Shown: in pieces, positions 59,865 to 64,000 of the stretch
How positions within the stretch are numbered: position 1 is the first letter of the stretch
Layout: the number at the start of each line of letters is the position of its first letter
Source of the DNA: Shigella phage SP21535
Sequence record: PQ615101
Length of the DNA: 64,000 nucleotides
Direction: 5' to 3' (one strand)
The notes under the pieces: model-generated
The model's input: only the letters and a program-made list of their open reading frames with translations
What the model was told of the DNA's origin: nothing
Databases searched by the model: none
Made by a program: the position numbers and the translations under genes

Positions 59865-60872
59865 ATGAAAACTCGTTCTCAAATTGAAGATATGGTTCGT
59901 AATGCCAGTTATACTCGTGATGTTATGACATTTTTGTGTGAAAATAATTTAGACCCTGATAAAGTTAATCGTGTTATTCATCACTTTAAGTATACGAATA
60001 GCAGTGAATGGGTGCGTAATTTTAGTAAAGCGGGATATATTACACAAATGACTGCTCGTGAGCAGCTCACCGATTTCTGTAAAACTATTGATTATAAAAA
60101 TCCTCTATTTGTTCAAGGCGTTGGTCAAAGTAAGGTCGATTTATCATCTGGATTTTTCAATCCAAATCATTATCGTATTGAATGGAGATTTATTGCTCTG
60201 TTCCGTAGACAATTAAAGCAAATTTTATCAACTGCGAGTCGATTAAAAGGTTCTGATATTAACTTAAAGAATCTGAAATTTGATGGTTATACTCTTCAGA
60301 TGGAAGTAAGACCATTAAAAGAAAATAATAGAACTGCACGAATTAGCTTTAAACCTAATACAAAAAATTCTCTTTCAATTTGCGAATGCCTTAAATCACA
60401 GTTGACAGAAGCATTTAAGTATATGGATGTTGTTGCTGCTGTTCAATCTAAGATTTTACCTCGTTTTGAGCGAAATTGGGAACATACAACAACATATGAA
60501 CTTGATATGATCGTTTCATTTAAATACGATTTTTTGAGAAAGGACGAAGTCCCGCAAGAGAAAAAACCTGAACCCCAAACTAATTACTCATCAAACGATC
60601 CTAAATTTTGGATGTATAGTTCAGGTAATAAAGATGCATGGAAATTCAATAAAGTGAATTTTCTTTCTGTTGAAAATCCGAGTCTTAAACCTGTTGAAAA
60701 ATGGTACGCGGATGCGATTGAGAAGTCCCTTAAGGCAGTAGATGATGAACTCGTTAAAGCGACCAATGAAGTGCTAGAAGCTGAAAAGGCGTTAGAACAA
60801 GCTCAGTCAAGGGTTCAAAATCTGACAAAGCAACGTTCTAAACTGAACAATGCACTAAATGCACTGAACTAG
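59865..60872 (+). CDS. hypothetical protein with C-terminal coiled coil (tandem family member 2)
   Basis: 335-aa ORF. Confidence 0.5.
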   Translation: MKTRSQIEDMVRNASYTRDVMTFLCENNLDPDKVNRVIHHFKYTNSSEWVRNFSKAGYITQMTAREQLTDFCKTIDYKNPLFVQGVGQSKVDLSSGFFNPNHYRIEWRFIALFRRQLKQILSTASRLKGSDINLKNLKFDGYTLQMEVRPLKENNRTARISFKPNTKNSLSICECLKSQLTEAFKYMDVVAAVQSKILPRFERNWEHTTTYELDMIVSFKYDFLRKDEVPQEKKPEPQTNYSSNDPKFWMYSSGNKDAWKFNKVNFLSVENPSLKPVEKWYADAIEKSLKAVDDELVKATNEVLEAEKALEQAQSRVQNLTKQRSKLNNALNALN

Positions 60873-60901
60873 TTTACTTTGCCACAAGGATGTGGTATAA
60901 T
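60873..60901 (+). promoter_or_regulatory. early promoter (GTTTAC ... TGGTATAAT)
   Basis: GTTTAC 60873-60878; TGGTATAAT 60893-60901. Confidence 0.55.
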
Positions 60902-60929
60902 GTTCTTACTTTCTACTGAGGAGATTAAT

Positions 60930-61856
60930 ATGACTCGTAAACACTATATTGATTATTTTGACAGTCTTATTACTAAACATCGTAATTATCAGATCGGGCA
61001 CAGAGCAGTAATCAATAATATTCTTCGTGATTTCCTTCAATATGTTGACCAGGAAAATCATATCTGTAAAGATACTCAAAACGCTTATTCTCATTCGTTA
61101 GGCAATTTGCTTGAATGGTTTAAACGTTCTCGTATGTTATCTTCTACTGTAGCTCGCGATAACATTAAAAACTTTATGAAGCCGAGCTTCATTAAATCTG
61201 AGACATCTATAACCGATTTGGTTGAATTTACTATTGTTAACGATGTTAAAAAGACCCATTTGGCTGATTGGTTATCTACCATTCCTGAAACTAAATTTGC
61301 TGATAAATTTGCTTGTCAATTCAATGACCAAGTGAATATGCTTTTTAAGCATGCTCGTAAACTATTTACCGCGGGCGATGACCGTACAAATACAGTTCAT
61401 GTTAAGGATTGGGTTATTGCTGATGAAGTAACACACAAGCCAGGTGGTTCATCAGTGTTAATTAATATCCAGGTTCCTTATTATTACTCACGTAATCTCG
61501 GCACCATGAACTCTAGAGAAATTAATAAGCACAACAAAACTATTCGTTCATTGTCTTATAAACTCCGCATGATGTTAAAAATCATGGACGTAGTAGAAAT
61601 GTATGATGAAACCGAAGATAATGGTTCAATGTTATACAGTTCACGCATTCTAATTAAACTGAAGAACCCTAATACGTATAAGCCAGTTGTAAAAGAACCT
61701 AAAGTAGAAAAGATTGATAACCTGAGTGAAGAACGCGAATATCTTAATACACGCTTAATTGAAGTTGAAGCCCAAATTGCAGAACACACCAAATTGTTAA
61801 AAGCTCTTAATGCAAAAGCAAATGGTTTACGTAATGCTATTGAGGTATTGAAATGA
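60930..61856 (+). CDS. hypothetical protein with C-terminal coiled coil (tandem family member 3)
   Basis: ATG 60930 after GAGGAG RBS; track start 60879 lies in promoter. Confidence 0.5.
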   Translation: MTRKHYIDYFDSLITKHRNYQIGHRAVINNILRDFLQYVDQENHICKDTQNAYSHSLGNLLEWFKRSRMLSSTVARDNIKNFMKPSFIKSETSITDLVEFTIVNDVKKTHLADWLSTIPETKFADKFACQFNDQVNMLFKHARKLFTAGDDRTNTVHVKDWVIADEVTHKPGGSSVLINIQVPYYYSRNLGTMNSREINKHNKTIRSLSYKLRMMLKIMDVVEMYDETEDNGSMLYSSRILIKLKNPNTYKPVVKEPKVEKIDNLSEEREYLNTRLIEVEAQIAEHTKLLKALNAKANGLRNAIEVLK

Positions 61857-62170
61857 AAAAGCGCTTATTAGAAGATATTGCAGCTTCAAGTAATTCCAGT
61901 CTAATTAAAATTATTATGGCTGGTGAAGAAGACGATTTAGAAATGCGTGGAAAGATTCATGGCTGTGACGATCTAGACTTTAAACCTCCTGCTTGGGATG
62001 CCATTACGGTTATGGTTGAACGCCGCGAAAGGGCTTCTAAGAATGTTCCGAACTGCCCAAAATGTGGTACTGAACAGGTCCAATTGATTAACTGGCGTAA
62101 ACCAGAGCTTGAATATAAATGTCGTCATTGTAAACATCGATTTGACCGAGAAGAAAATGACAAAGCGTAA
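61853..62170 (+). CDS. hypothetical Zn-ribbon protein
   Basis: 105 aa; CPKCG...CRHCKH. Confidence 0.45.
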
Positions 62171-62330
62171 AGAATATATGGAGACTGCTGAAAAGGCAGT
62201 CCGTGAATTAGCAATAGCTTATTATAATGAACATGGTAAATTTCCTGATAGATACAGCGTGCTTAAATCAGCTTTAACTCGTTCATATAAAAATATGCTA
62301 TCAGAAGTAAGTGATATTATACAAACATAA
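62157..62330 (+). CDS. hypothetical protein
   Basis: ATG 62157 overlapping upstream gene end. Confidence 0.4.
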
Positions 62331-62398
62331 AGAACAAACGGGCCAAAGTCTTGATTACGACGAGACTTTTAAACAAGTATTAGGAATTAAGGAATAAT

Positions 62399-62662
62399 AT
62401 GTTTAAAGTATATGGTTATGATAGCAACATTCATAAATGCGTGTATTGTGATAATGCAAAACGTCTCTTGACTGTGAAGAAACAGCCGTTTGAATTTATC
62501 AACATTATGCCGGAAAAAGGTGTTTTTGATGATGAGAAAATTGCTGAGCTTCTGACTAAACTAGGTCGTGATACTCAAATCGGATTGACGATGCCTCAGG
62601 TATTTGCTCCTGATGGAAGTCATATTGGTGGATTTGACCAATTGCGGGAATACTTTAAATGA
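62399..62662 (+). CDS. nrdC: glutaredoxin/thioredoxin NrdC
   Basis: 87 aa; CVYC active-site motif. Confidence 0.8.
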   Translation: MFKVYGYDSNIHKCVYCDNAKRLLTVKKQPFEFINIMPEKGVFDDEKIAELLTKLGRDTQIGLTMPQVFAPDGSHIGGFDQLREYFK

Positions 62663-62874
62663 TGCTTGAAGGAACTGATTATATCCATGACTACCGCGGA
62701 AGCGCGGTATATGTAGGTGATGAGGTTGCAGTTTATTATGGGTATGGAACTTTGATGACAGCAAAGGTTATTCAAATTAAAAATAATCGTGCTAAACTTG
62801 AAGTTTATTATTCTAACGGTGAAAAGTCTATTTCTAAATGGAAATACGGCGATTGTATGGTCAAACTGGGGTAA
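62659..62874 (+). CDS. hypothetical protein
   Basis: 71-aa ORF overlapping nrdC stop. Confidence 0.45.
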   Translation: MMLEGTDYIHDYRGSAVYVGDEVAVYYGYGTLMTAKVIQIKNNRAKLEVYYSNGEKSISKWKYGDCMVKLG

Positions 62875-62876
62875 AT

Positions 62877-63047
62877 ATGATTTACGATATTAGTGTATCA
62901 AGAACTCCGTCAATGGTTACTATTCCAGCTGAAGAATTAGATCGTCTTCAGAAAATTGAAGAACTTCTTTGGGAAATTGAATATGATTTGCCATCAGGAC
63001 TAGAATCCTGGATTGATTATGAAGAACTTAATAAGCTTCGGGGTTAA
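62877..63047 (+). CDS. hypothetical protein
   Basis: ATG 62877 (track start 62838 upstream). Confidence 0.4.
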   Translation: MIYDISVSRTPSMVTIPAEELDRLQKIEELLWEIEYDLPSGLESWIDYEELNKLRG

Positions 63048-63169
63048 ACCTTGGTGGGCGGCTAGATGGGAAACTGTAGAGCCAGAGCCGGAAGAACCGG
63101 TTTACACTGATGAAGAAACAGTATATAATGAACCTACGATAAATGACTTAATTGATACGGAGATGGGAC

Positions 63170-63616
63170 ATGATTACAGTAGATAAGTGGTTTAGAATTA
63201 ATCGTGCTGATACCGGGCTGTGTAATTATTGGCCGGAACTTAGTGCAGGTACTGTCTTTAAAGTTCGTGAACTCGCAAAAGAATGCGAAGATGATATAGA
63301 ACCTGATACTGGAATTATTGAAATTGAACTTTCTGATGGAAAGATTATTAACATCTACGATAAGCCAATTACGTATTGGTGCTTATGGAATACTGAATCA
63401 GTAGAAAATGGCGAAATTGAAGAAGTTGTAGAACGAGCTGATCAAGCTCTTCATAAACCTAAAGCCGCTTTTCAAGGTGAACGCATTTCATACGCATTAG
63501 CTAAATTAGCTGCACAAGAAAATAACGATGGTTATGAAGGAAATTTGATGCAAGCTGCGGCAGAATATATTGAATGGCTTGAAACTCAAATTTCTTTTTC
63601 TGACCGAGCGTTTTAA
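63170..63616 (+). CDS. hypothetical protein
   Basis: ATG 63170 after GGAG; track start 63152 is TTG. Confidence 0.45.
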   Translation: MITVDKWFRINRADTGLCNYWPELSAGTVFKVRELAKECEDDIEPDTGIIEIELSDGKIINIYDKPITYWCLWNTESVENGEIEEVVERADQALHKPKAAFQGERISYALAKLAAQENNDGYEGNLMQAAAEYIEWLETQISFSDRAF

Positions 63617-63665
63617 TACTTGAAAATAATAAATACCCTTATCTATTTAAGGTAAGGGTTTTATT

Positions 63666-64000
63666 ATGTTATTGACTGGCAAATTATACAAAGAAGAAAA
63701 ACAGAAATTTTATGATGCACAAAACGGTAAATGCTTAATTTGCCAACGAGAACTAAATCCTGATGTTCAAGCTAATCACCTTGACCATGACCATGAATTA
63801 AATGGACCAAAAGCAGGAAAGGTACGTGGATTGCTCTGTAATCTCTGTAATGCAGCAGAAGGTCAAATGAAGCATAAATTCAATCGTTCTGGCTTAAAGG
63901 GACAAGGTGTTGATTATCTTGAATGGTTAGAAAATTTACTTACTTATTTAAAATCCGATTACACCCAAAATAATATTCACCCTAACTTTGTTGGAGATAA
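63666..64000 (+). CDS. 49: endonuclease VII (Holliday junction resolvase), N-terminal part; 3' end beyond window
   Basis: MLLTGKLYKEEKQKFYDAQNGKCLICQRELNPDVQANHLDHDHELNGPKAGKVRGLLCNLCN recognised as T4 gp49. Confidence 0.85.
   Translation, partial: MLLTGKLYKEEKQKFYDAQNGKCLICQRELNPDVQANHLDHDHELNGPKAGKVRGLLCNLCNAAEGQMKHKFNRSGLKGQGVDYLEWLENLLTYLKSDYTQNNIHPNFVGD

Overview
This window is a T4-type (Tevenvirinae) myophage genome segment, reverse-complemented relative to the usual T4 map. It runs hoc (3' end)-24.3-24.2-rnlB, then the minus-strand late structural module 24-23-22-21-68-67-20-19-18-17-16-15-14-13-wac-12-11-10-9-8-7-6-5.4-5-53, then the plus-strand block 4-2-3-1-57A-57B-ipI, a tRNA cluster (Gln, Leu, Gly, Pro, Ser, Thr, Ile, then segB, then Arg plus stable RNAs), the e/nudE region, regB-vs-tk-rI, a block of hypothetical genes, nrdC and the start of gene 49. 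The main finding is that the large terminase gene 17 is broken into three cistrons by an atypical split intein (41-aa IntN, 107-aa IntC) with a free-standing Zn-ribbon/PD-(D/E)xK-like endonuclease gene between the halves; the exteins rejoin to a colinear 610-aa gp17 exactly after the Walker B catalytic Glu (IYIDE|C). Other accessory content includes three GIY-YIG endonuclease genes, three capsid-targeted internal-protein-like genes (one apparently frameshifted), repeated early-promoter stem-loop cassettes, a GrcA-like glycyl radical protein, a 2H phosphoesterase (57B), a macro-domain protein and a nucleotidyltransferase/AAA+ ATPase pair. All calls rest on reading the sequence, motif recognition and remembered T4 gene order; no database search was run, and T4 gene names for small ORFs are positional guesses.
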